DNA of 64,000 nucleotides from a virus. Taxonomy: Duplodnaviria > Caudoviricetes. The stretch covers positions 1-64,000 of IMG/VR virus record IMGVR_UViG_3300017780_003104; one strand, given 5' to 3'. A program made the translations under genes and the position numbers. Shown in pieces: positions 36,950 through 44,654 of this stretch. The first letter of the stretch is position 1, and each line of letters starts with the position of its first letter. The notes beneath the pieces are model-generated. The model had not been told where the DNA came from and did not search any database. It was given only the letters and a program-made list of their open reading frames with translations.

Positions 36950-37386
36950 ATATTTACCTCTATATTTTGTTTAGCTACATCAGAAAGACCCACATCAATC
37001 AAAGCGTCTAATTCGTTTTGAATGAAATTCTTACCAATTAATACTTTGTGTGAGTTTTCAGTTCTATTTCCGATAGAAAATGGAATCTGGCGAAATATTT
37101 TATCTCCCATTTTAACATTTAGAAGAACTACTGGTCGATCCTCTTTATTCCCAGCACCTAGATTGATCGTGATATGATCAGAAATAGGTCTTTCCAATAC
37201 AACACCATTCTCTGTAGTGAATCGAACCATATCACCATCTTGTTGTATATCAATTCCATGTAATACATTAAATGCGCCATTACCTGTATCTAATTTAGCA
37301 CGTATTTGACCGACTCCATCAATATAGATGGTTTCTTCCAACCCCAATACGGTTTTTTCTACGAAATATTGTTTGAAACTTCTCAT
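36946..37386 (-). CDS. Retropepsin-like aspartic protease (RimK-associated/PF05618-like)
   Basis: AKLDTG.GA..VLH, RPVV.L.V.MG, F.IGNR......VLIG.NF; N-term MRSFKQYFVE. Confidence 0.85.
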   Translation of the reverse strand: MRSFKQYFVEKTVLGLEETIYIDGVGQIRAKLDTGNGAFNVLHGIDIQQDGDMVRFTTENGVVLERPISDHITINLGAGNKEDRPVVLLNVKMGDKIFRQIPFSIGNRTENSHKVLIGKNFIQNELDALIDVGLSDVAKQNIEVNI

Positions 37387-37393
37387 TCATTTA

Positions 37394-37765
37394 TTACCAA
37401 CCATCGGGTTCATCATTATCTCGTCTAGCCTCTGCCCAATCAGACTTAATAATTTCTTCATCTGCAAGTCTAAGATTATCTGGATTAGGAGTTATTGCAG
37501 AATTGAGAGAAACATAGCGAGAGAAAATTCGATTTTTCAATCCCAATATAAATCTTAAAAATTTATCAGAATTTTGATGTATATCAACTTCAGTTAATCC
37601 TCTTTGGCCCATTTTACGAAGAAGTTCTGAATCAGTTGCCACGATTTCAGCTAATTCTTCATATGAGACAATATTATTTTCATCATTATAAGCATCCTCT
37701 GGTGAGGTATAACTTTCCCACATCAATTCATACTCCTCACTTTTTGTTAAAAATTTCTTACTCAT
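37394..37765 (-). CDS. Hypothetical acidic protein, putative head-packaged
   Basis: N-term ...YELMWESY shared with next gene. Confidence 0.6.
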   Translation of the reverse strand: MSKKFLTKSEEYELMWESYTSPEDAYNDENNIVSYEELAEIVATDSELLRKMGQRGLTEVDIHQNSDKFLRFILGLKNRIFSRYVSLNSAITPNPDNLRLADEEIIKSDWAEARRDNDEPDGW

Positions 37766-37767
37766 AA

Positions 37768-38169
37768 TTATAGATCGATGTTATCGGATTGTTCAAATCC
37801 AGTATTAGCAAAATCTGCTTCGGCATCGAGTCTGTGCCAAATATCAGAAACGTAATCAGATGCTTTAATGAGTTTTGCTTGCATCCATGGTTCCAATTCT
37901 TTTTCTTTTGCTAGTCCCAAAATCCTTTTAGAATATTCTGCAAGTTTCTTAATATCTGAATAAATTACTTCATTACAACACTCTTCAGTTTCAAGTTCAA
38001 CAGATGGTTGTAATTCCATAATTGATACGGATTCATCCTCATCACCAAAACCCAATGATGGGTCTTCTGTGGTTAGATCCATTTCTTGATCTTCTGATGT
38101 TTGTGTTGCGGTATACGGATCTACATAACGTTCCCACATTAATTGATTATCTCTGCTTTTAAATCTCAT
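37768..38169 (-). CDS. Hypothetical acidic protein, putative head-packaged
   Basis: MRFKSRDNQLMWERY; LEPWMQAKLIKASDYVS motif; late box upstream. Confidence 0.65.
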   Translation of the reverse strand: MRFKSRDNQLMWERYVDPYTATQTSEDQEMDLTTEDPSLGFGDEDESVSIMELQPSVELETEECCNEVIYSDIKKLAEYSKRILGLAKEKELEPWMQAKLIKASDYVSDIWHRLDAEADFANTGFEQSDNIDL

Positions 38170-38181
38170 AATAGTATTTAA

Positions 38182-38538
38182 TTAAATTTTATCTAAATCT
38201 GATTTAATATCACCAGCTTGGGTTTCAGGGCTTATTATCGATAATACCAATGGTAGAATTTCCTCTCTGGCATTGGTGTATCGTTTCATTTGAATTACAT
38301 TTTGCAGATTTAGCAATGTTCTAGCTTCCTCAACTGAGGGTTTAAATAGTGCTGCATCAACTAAGCTTGAAATGTATTCATCTTCACCCTGAGAAGTTAA
38401 GGGAGCTTCTTCCGGTGGTGCTTCTGGTTGTTGCATACTAGGATCGCTTATGTCTGGTTGTTGCATATTAGGATCTTCATCCTGTTCAGTTAAAATGCGA
38501 TTATATCTACTAATGAGTTGTAATGTTTTAGATTTCAT
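38182..38538 (-). CDS. Hypothetical acidic protein, putative head-packaged
   Basis: N-term ...RILTE then D/E/P/Q-rich linker. Confidence 0.6.
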   Translation of the reverse strand: MKSKTLQLISRYNRILTEQDEDPNMQQPDISDPSMQQPEAPPEEAPLTSQGEDEYISSLVDAALFKPSVEEARTLLNLQNVIQMKRYTNAREEILPLVLSIISPETQAGDIKSDLDKI

Positions 38539-38990
38539 TAATATGTTCTTCCCATGGTTGAGCTTTTGACTGCTTGTAATCCTTTTTCAATTCTCTGAGT
38601 TCCTTTATCGTAAGCATCCACGGCTTTTTTTGCAACATTTTGTCGTCTCGTTACAGCCTGTTTAGCTTTTTGTGCTGATGTTTTCCAAGGAGACATCTTA
38701 GCACCGAGTCCAACTAAACCTCTAGCAGCCTTATCTCCCAGTTTTTCAACTTCTTGATCTACTTCATATGTTCCGGTTCCAGCATTAATACTTTCAACAT
38801 CTTCATCTGTATTTGAAATGTTGACAGCAATTGTATCAGTTCCGGTGTCGATATATAACATATCAGTTCCACGAATCAATGATACATTAACTCCTTTAGA
38901 TTTAAGGAAATCAATCAATTTCCATTTAGGATCTTCGGTGTTTTGTGGATCGAATTGTTCTATAATATTTAGAAACTTACTCATATTCAT
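38538..38990 (-). CDS. Hypothetical late protein
   Basis: MSKFLNIIE; TTAAATA box 6 nt before second ATG (38984). Confidence 0.6.
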   Translation of the reverse strand: MNMSKFLNIIEQFDPQNTEDPKWKLIDFLKSKGVNVSLIRGTDMLYIDTGTDTIAVNISNTDEDVESINAGTGTYEVDQEVEKLGDKAARGLVGLGAKMSPWKTSAQKAKQAVTRRQNVAKKAVDAYDKGTQRIEKGLQAVKSSTMGRTY

Positions 38991-38993
38991 TAT

Positions 38994-39488
38994 TTAACAC
39001 ATAATAGCCATTTTATTCGCTATATCTTGGAAATATGAGTCTGATAAATTGGTAAATCCTTCCTTCATGAGATACTTCTTGATATGACGAAATGATTTCG
39101 GTTTATTTTCTTTATGGAGAAACAGCTCAAAATTGTCAATAATTGAAGAATCCCTATTTACCAACATTTTAAGAAATTGTTGTATGTTGGTGTATCCAAC
39201 CCAAATTTTAAATCCGAATATTCTTATTATTTTTTTGATAATGGATCTATGTAAATCACATAGGGTAAAATCATTTATATAAAAGATTAATTTATTACCA
39301 TATATTCCCACACGTTCACATAGTTTTTTAATAAAAAAATGTGTATATATAGTTTTTTGGTCTTTATTTGATAAATCAATTTCAAGTCCAAGAACTTTAC
39401 AATGATTGTAGAATTCCTCGTTGGTCGATCTAAACATTGGGTCTAAATCCTCAAAGATGTAATTATTATATTGGGATATCGAAATCAT
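38994..39488 (-). CDS. Hypothetical protein
   Basis: ORF 164 aa. Confidence 0.6.
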   Translation of the reverse strand: MISISQYNNYIFEDLDPMFRSTNEEFYNHCKVLGLEIDLSNKDQKTIYTHFFIKKLCERVGIYGNKLIFYINDFTLCDLHRSIIKKIIRIFGFKIWVGYTNIQQFLKMLVNRDSSIIDNFELFLHKENKPKSFRHIKKYLMKEGFTNLSDSYFQDIANKMAIMC

Positions 39489-39931
39489 AGATTCAGCATA
39501 TCAAGAGTTCTGGGCTTGTCAACGTATCCTTTGGGAACTATCGCAATCCTACAATTTAAAATCCCATTGTAAGACTTTTCATCCATTAAAGCATTGGATA
39601 GTATCTGCCAGCAAAGCTCTGAATATGTCATATGAAATTTAGAATCGCATAGCTCTATAACTTCTCGACTAAAATGGTCAATACCATATTTTTCAATGTC
39701 TGATAATAACTCTTTTGAAGACCCCCAATACTTCATAACATCATTATCTTTGAATTGTATCCTATTTCTGGTCTTACCTTTCAATGGTTTTTTCTTTACA
39801 CGTTTCTGGCATTGTTTTTTACCGATGTAATATTTTTTAATAGAATCTGGATGATTATTTTTGATGATGTAGACAAATCCAAAAATATCTCCGTAATCGT
39901 CTGGTAGGTTTTTCCAAGGTTTTTGTTCCAT
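39485..39931 (-). CDS. Stand-alone GIY-YIG endonuclease domain protein
   Basis: FGFVYII.N....KYYIGKK, YWGSS, F.REVIELC, E. Confidence 0.85.
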   Translation of the reverse strand: MEQKPWKNLPDDYGDIFGFVYIIKNNHPDSIKKYYIGKKQCQKRVKKKPLKGKTRNRIQFKDNDVMKYWGSSKELLSDIEKYGIDHFSREVIELCDSKFHMTYSELCWQILSNALMDEKSYNGILNCRIAIVPKGYVDKPRTLDMLNL

Positions 39932-39934
39932 TTT

Positions 39935-40379
39935 TCGCTATTGTTATTGTTAATTATAATTTACTATTACTTACTCTACTTATTTTTTTATTTTATTTTC
40001 AATTTACCTATTGACTTCCATATATGTCATGTATAATTAAGGGGTGGTGGGCGGGCTAGGTAATATTATATTAGTATAGTAATTATATTAGTATAGTAAT
40101 TATATTAGTATAGTAATTATAGTAATTATAGTAATTATAGTAATTATAGTAATTATAGTAATTATAGTAATTATAGTAATTGATAAAAACAATAGACGCT
40201 CGCTTCGCTCGGTCCAAAACTGCGTTTTGATTTTTTGTTATTTAAATTTGTTATTGTTATTATATAATAATTATAATTAATACTAATAATTAAATATTAA
40301 TGTACAATAAAGAATAAAGAAATTGTTTTAGTTAACAATAACAATTCTATTAGGTTTTTATAACAAGTTATTATAACAA
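39935..40379. other. Candidate replication origin (non-coding, very AT-rich, iteron-like repeats, near the coding-strand switch)
   Basis: Longest non-coding stretch in the window; promoter-like TTGACT-N15-TATAAT at 40011-40037, G-rich tract 40041-40060, repeats, GCGAAGC on minus strand at 40202-40208. Confidence 0.55.
40064..40176. repeat. Tandem array: ~3 x 17-mer TAATTATATTAGTATAG followed by 7 x 9-mer TAATTATAG
   Basis: Perfect 17-mers at 40080-40096 and 40097-40113 plus a degenerate first copy; 9-mers 40114-40176. Confidence 0.95.
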
Positions 40380-40628
40380 TTAAGGGCGCACATTCTGTGC
40401 CAACTTTACTTTTTTCTTACCTTTTTTCTTCGCCAAACCTCTACGAGTCTGAACTCCCCCTAAAATTTTAGGGATTCTGGTGTCCCCAGCCGCAAAACCA
40501 TCAACATTATCAAGACTACCACCAGAAGTTGGAGCACCACCCATGATACCCGCCACATCCATTTCAACTAGAACCTTTTCCTCATAAAGTTTTGAAAGTT
40601 TTTCCTGCTCTTCTATTGACAATCTCAT
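40380..40628 (-). CDS. Small late protein carrying a gp23-like AAGDxRxPKIL motif and basic tail
   Basis: Start ATG 40628, 5 nt after exact TATAAATA; NVDGFAAGDTRIPKIL. Confidence 0.65.
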   Translation of the reverse strand: MRLSIEEQEKLSKLYEEKVLVEMDVAGIMGGAPTSGGSLDNVDGFAAGDTRIPKILGGVQTRRGLAKKKGKKKVKLAQNVRP

Positions 40629-40633
40629 ATTCT

Positions 40634-40641
40634 TATTTATA
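40634..40641 (-). promoter_or_regulatory. Late promoter TATAAATA
   Basis: Exact T4 consensus, 5 nt before ATG 40628. Confidence 0.8.
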
Positions 40642-40652
40642 CTATCATTATA

Positions 40653-41003
40653 ATGAATAGAGAAATAAAGTTTAAGTTCTGGGATCATGCAGAAAAGAGA
40701 TTTATTAATTTGTGTCGTGTAGATGAGAATGGGAAAGTTCGGGAGGGGAATGATTATTACGATGATGTCATCATTCTACAATACACTGGAACAAAGGATA
40801 AAAATGGTAAAGAAATTTACGAGGGAGATATATTAAAAATACATTGGAGGATTGAATCACTAAACCTAGATCATTATTTCGAAGCAGTTAAATGGGATAG
40901 TTTTGGGAATTGTTGGGGACCAATAGGGACATTGACAATTGATTCGATTGAAAACGAAGTAGTTGGAAATATTTTCGAAAATCCCGAAATACAATTATTA
41001 TGA
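40653..41003 (+). CDS. YopX-family protein
   Basis: MNREIKFKFWD, ILQYTG.KDKNGKEIYEGDIL, EVVGNIFENPE. Confidence 0.92.
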   Translation: MNREIKFKFWDHAEKRFINLCRVDENGKVREGNDYYDDVIILQYTGTKDKNGKEIYEGDILKIHWRIESLNLDHYFEAVKWDSFGNCWGPIGTLTIDSIENEVVGNIFENPEIQLL

Positions 41004-41389
41004 GTTTATACGACGATTATAGAAAGCAATACACCCAATTCACCAGTATCAATGATATGAATCTGGAGGAACGCATTATGCGTGTTCCCGCAGAGAAGCA
41101 TTTCTGGGTGGAACGACTTATTGAAGCAAAAAGACTTAAATTTAAGCTACTGAAGGAACGAAAGGTTCAAAAAGATGCCAATATTAAGAAAGCTATACAA
41201 GAAGGTGTGGTGAATTTAACCAAACAAACACTTGATAAGCTGGACAATACAGAAGAAATCGAAATCATTGATGAAAAAATTCAAGATAACGATTTATTAG
41301 TCGAATACTTGGAGCATGTAGTGAAACATATTACCTATATTGCTCAGGATATCAAGAATATCCTAACTATTAAAGAAATGCAGATGTAA
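41000..41389 (+). CDS. uvsY: Recombination mediator (UvsY-like)
   Basis: INDMNL...IMRVPA.K.FW; VEYLE..VK.I....DIKN; adjacent to uvsW. Confidence 0.7.
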   Translation: MSLYDDYRKQYTQFTSINDMNLEERIMRVPAEKHFWVERLIEAKRLKFKLLKERKVQKDANIKKAIQEGVVNLTKQTLDKLDNTEEIEIIDEKIQDNDLLVEYLEHVVKHITYIAQDIKNILTIKEMQM

Positions 41390-42828
41390 TGGTGACATTT
41401 GATTACAATAAATCCTATAGAAAGGGAAAATTGATTTGTGATGAATCCATTTTATCGTTTATTCGTAATCATTTTTCTGTTAAGAATCTCAATGCATCAT
41501 TTATTCAAAGAAAACTAAAACTAAAAGGTTCAAATGCTAAAGTTCCCGAGCGGGAATATGCGATTCAAGAATCTGGAATGTTTGATTTAGGATTAGCGAA
41601 TGAGATAATATCATTTTTGCGTTCCGAACAACTTAATGATATTGCAGTTACTCCTGAATTTAAGGAAATTAGAAAATGTGGTTTGGACGTTCAGGAAGTC
41701 GTAGATACACTTAAGCATCCATTACGAGACTACCAGACCGAAACAGTTCTAAACGCTCTACAAAACGGTTGTGGAACGATTGTGGTGGCAACTGGTGGTG
41801 GTAAGAGTTTAATTCAAGCATCTATTCTTGAGAATTGGAAATTATCTAAAGGATCTCTCAAATGTTTATTGATTGTTCCCGGTGTTGGTCTTGTCAATCA
41901 ACTTTTAAAAGACTTTGAAGAATACGGTGTGAAATTCACACATTCTGGATGGACTGGAGAACTTGATACTAAGGGTAACTATACGATGCCCAAACGGGAC
42001 ACTGAAGTTGTTATAGTCAATACAGAATTATTATGTTCTCAATTCGGGAACTTTAAAGATCTAATTGATGTCGATCTCGTTTTACGGGATGAGTGTCATG
42101 GTTCAAAGCAAGGTAATCAGATTACAAAGGTTGTTTCGAAAATACGAACCCATAATAAGTTTGGATTCACTGGAACTCTTCCAAAAGAGAAGATCGATGA
42201 GTGGAAAATCATTGGAACCTTTGGTCCCGTAATTTACGAGAAAAATTCAAAGGAACTTAGAGATGAGGAATACCTCACAAATGTTCTAATACGAATTCTG
42301 AAGTTGAAACATAAACACGTTGTAAGAGGATATAAGAAAGAATTACAGATTATTCAGGATAGTGAAGAGAGACATTCCATTATCCGAAAACTTACAACAA
42401 AAATGAATAATAATGTTCTTATCATGGTCAATCGTTTGGATCATGGTAATAATTTATTAAATGCTTTACAGATTGTAGGTAAAGAAACATTTTTTGTTCA
42501 TGGCGAAATTCCAGTTTCCGAAAGAGCGGAGATAATAGCCAAGATGGAAGCACAAGATAATATTGTGTGTATTGCCATGTCATCCATTTTCTCAACAGGT
42601 ATCAACATTAAGAATTTGCATTATATTATTTTTACCGCTGGTGGTAAATCATTCATTCGAATAATTCAATCGATTGGTCGTGGATTAAGATTACATGATT
42701 CAAAAGAAAAACTTGTAATATTCGATTTATATGATAACTTTATATTCTCTACAAATCATGTGGAGGAAAGAAAGAAATTTTATGATGAGGAGAAGATTCC
42801 TTGGCGGGAGATATCGATAAACATATGA
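41389..42828 (+). CDS. uvsW: UvsW DNA helicase
   Basis: LRDYQ, VATGGGKSLI, DECHG, GFTGTL, FSTGINIKNLH, IQSIGRGLR. Confidence 0.95.
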   Translation: MVTFDYNKSYRKGKLICDESILSFIRNHFSVKNLNASFIQRKLKLKGSNAKVPEREYAIQESGMFDLGLANEIISFLRSEQLNDIAVTPEFKEIRKCGLDVQEVVDTLKHPLRDYQTETVLNALQNGCGTIVVATGGGKSLIQASILENWKLSKGSLKCLLIVPGVGLVNQLLKDFEEYGVKFTHSGWTGELDTKGNYTMPKRDTEVVIVNTELLCSQFGNFKDLIDVDLVLRDECHGSKQGNQITKVVSKIRTHNKFGFTGTLPKEKIDEWKIIGTFGPVIYEKNSKELRDEEYLTNVLIRILKLKHKHVVRGYKKELQIIQDSEERHSIIRKLTTKMNNNVLIMVNRLDHGNNLLNALQIVGKETFFVHGEIPVSERAEIIAKMEAQDNIVCIAMSSIFSTGINIKNLHYIIFTAGGKSFIRIIQSIGRGLRLHDSKEKLVIFDLYDNFIFSTNHVEERKKFYDEEKIPWREISINI

Positions 42829-43040
42829 AAAAAAATAACACGGGAAGAATACTCTCAGATGAACATAGGGAGAAACTACGTCAGGCCAAATTAGGTAAGC
42901 ATCTTACGGAGGAACATAAAGAAAGATTGAAGGAAGCCAAATCCAAATCATCTTACAAACATTCCGAGGAAACCAAGATAAAGATAGGGCTTGCTAGTAT
43001 AGGTAGAACTAAAAATAGAAAGAATATAAATGAAAACTAA
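42825..43040 (+). CDS. NUMOD3-repeat small DNA-binding protein (no nuclease domain)
   Basis: LSDEHREKLRQAKLGKHLTEEHKERL...HSEETKIKIG. Confidence 0.7.
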   Translation: MKKNNTGRILSDEHREKLRQAKLGKHLTEEHKERLKEAKSKSSYKHSEETKIKIGLASIGRTKNRKNINEN

Positions 43041-43482
43041 CAAAGAGGTGAAGGAACTTTTTTACGTGTCATCTAAAGTGTTCCGTGAACAACTGGAAAA
43101 ATACTACAATGATGATAAGATGACAAATGAATTAGCCACCAACGTAATAAAGATCGCTGAAGGTCTTAGTTATAATTGGAGATTCATTAATTATACCAAA
43201 TCATGGAAAGATGAGATGGTGGGAGATGCAATTGTTAAAATGTATTCTGCGTTGGAAGATAAGAAATTCCGAATTGAGTCAACATTCAATCCATTTTCAT
43301 ATTTCAACCGAATAGCATGGAATGCTTTTTCCAATCGTATTAAGAAGGAGAAGAAACAACACGAAGGACTTGAAGAATACAAACAAATGGTATATGAGGA
43401 TGAAATGAATGATTCTTCTCATGGTTCTGTTTATGTAAGACCAATGTTGGAACACGATTCAGAGGATGGTGGATACGAATGA
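43030..43482 (+). CDS. gp55: Late-transcription sigma factor (gp55-like)
   Basis: YVSSK.F, IKIAEGLS...FINYT..WKDEMVGDAI, NPFSYFNRIAWNAF..RIKKEKKQ. Confidence 0.93.
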   Translation: MKTNKEVKELFYVSSKVFREQLEKYYNDDKMTNELATNVIKIAEGLSYNWRFINYTKSWKDEMVGDAIVKMYSALEDKKFRIESTFNPFSYFNRIAWNAFSNRIKKEKKQHEGLEEYKQMVYEDEMNDSSHGSVYVRPMLEHDSEDGGYE

Positions 43483-43628
43483 CATTTGAAAACATAGTAA
43501 TTGGGATTTCATCTTTTCTCTATTTCGCGGTTGCAATTAGTTTCGCAATTAAGGGAAATTGGGCTTGGTTTTTTATTTGGTTGTGCTATAGTGGCGCAAA
43601 CGTTGGATTAATAATTGTAAAGAAATGA
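43479..43628 (+). CDS. Small membrane protein (49 aa)
   Basis: Manual translation MTFENIVIGISSFLYFAVAISFAIKGNWAWFFIWLCYSGANVGLIIVKK; ATGA overlap with gp55 stop. Confidence 0.6.
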   Translation: MTFENIVIGISSFLYFAVAISFAIKGNWAWFFIWLCYSGANVGLIIVKK

Positions 43629-43631
43629 AAT

Positions 43632-44654
43632 ATGTTAAAGAAATCTAAAGTATCAATATTCTCTGATCTTCATTTGGGAATTTATGGTAATTCTGAATCA
43701 TGGCACAAAGTAGCATTACAGTGGGCCGAATGGATTGCAAAGGAATTGGATAAAAAGAAAATCAAGGATGTATTTTTCCTTGGTGATTTCTTTCATAATA
43801 GATCCGAAATCAGTGTTCAAACAATTCATGTGGCTTCTCAGATACTGGATAAGTTGTCAGATTTCAACATAATCATGATCGTGGGAAACCATGATGCATA
43901 TTACAAGAACAGATCGGATATTCATAGTCTTGCTCTTTTAAATGGTCACAAAAATTTAACGATTGTTGACAAAAACTTAACGATTTCTGAATTTGATAAA
44001 GAGTTGTTGTTTATTCCTTGGAACTCCGAGTTATCTGATGGTAAATTCGACTATATATTCGGTCATTTTGAGATTCAGAACTTTAAGATGAATAATTTCA
44101 AAGTTTGTGACCATGGATTGACTGCTATCGACTTCTTAGGTGGTAAAACAGACACGGTATTCTCTGGTCATTTTCATCATAGAAATTCGAGAAAATATAA
44201 CGAAGGGAATATTCACTATATTGGAAATACTTTCCCTATGGATTTCGCAGACGCTGAAAATATCAAAGGTTATCATATTCTAGATCTGGAAGATGGTGAT
44301 TTAGAGTTTTATGAAAATACAGTATCCCCAAAATTCAAGAAGATTACCTTCTCAAAAATAAAAGATTATACAAAGGATGATTTCCAAAACAATGTGGTCA
44401 AGTTGATCGTAGATATTGATGCTTCTGAAAAACAAGTTGAAAAGGTTCAGACTTATATCTCCAAATTCAAACCATTCCAGTTTAATACGGAATATAATAC
44501 CACATCTAAAACTGTGGAGGATGTTGAAACAATTGATTCCATTGATTTGGTTGAATCGATGGAAGAGTTCTTAACCCAATTGAAATTTGAAGCAGATAAA
44601 CAAGCGAGGATCGATAAAATAGTAAAGGATTTATATGAAAAAAATAAAATTTAA
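43632..44654 (+). CDS. gp47: Recombination nuclease (gp47, Mre11/SbcD-like)
   Basis: SDLHLG, LGDFFHNR, VGNHD, FGHFE, SGHFH. Confidence 0.95.
   Translation: MLKKSKVSIFSDLHLGIYGNSESWHKVALQWAEWIAKELDKKKIKDVFFLGDFFHNRSEISVQTIHVASQILDKLSDFNIIMIVGNHDAYYKNRSDIHSLALLNGHKNLTIVDKNLTISEFDKELLFIPWNSELSDGKFDYIFGHFEIQNFKMNNFKVCDHGLTAIDFLGGKTDTVFSGHFHHRNSRKYNEGNIHYIGNTFPMDFADAENIKGYHILDLEDGDLEFYENTVSPKFKKITFSKIKDYTKDDFQNNVVKLIVDIDASEKQVEKVQTYISKFKPFQFNTEYNTTSKTVEDVETIDSIDLVESMEEFLTQLKFEADKQARIDKIVKDLYEKNKI

Noticed and set aside
36951-36957. GTAAATA as late promoter for ORF 36461-36949
   Set aside because: Only 1 nt from the ATG and inside the upstream gene's end; it does not fit the 5-7 nt geometry
39485-39931. 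Complete mobile homing endonuclease
   Set aside because: Only the GIY-YIG catalytic domain is present with no DNA-binding tail, so it is recorded as a CDS and not a mobile element
40064-40176. Mini-CRISPR or coding repeat
   Set aside because: No spacers; units contain stop codons; pure tandem A/T-rich repeats
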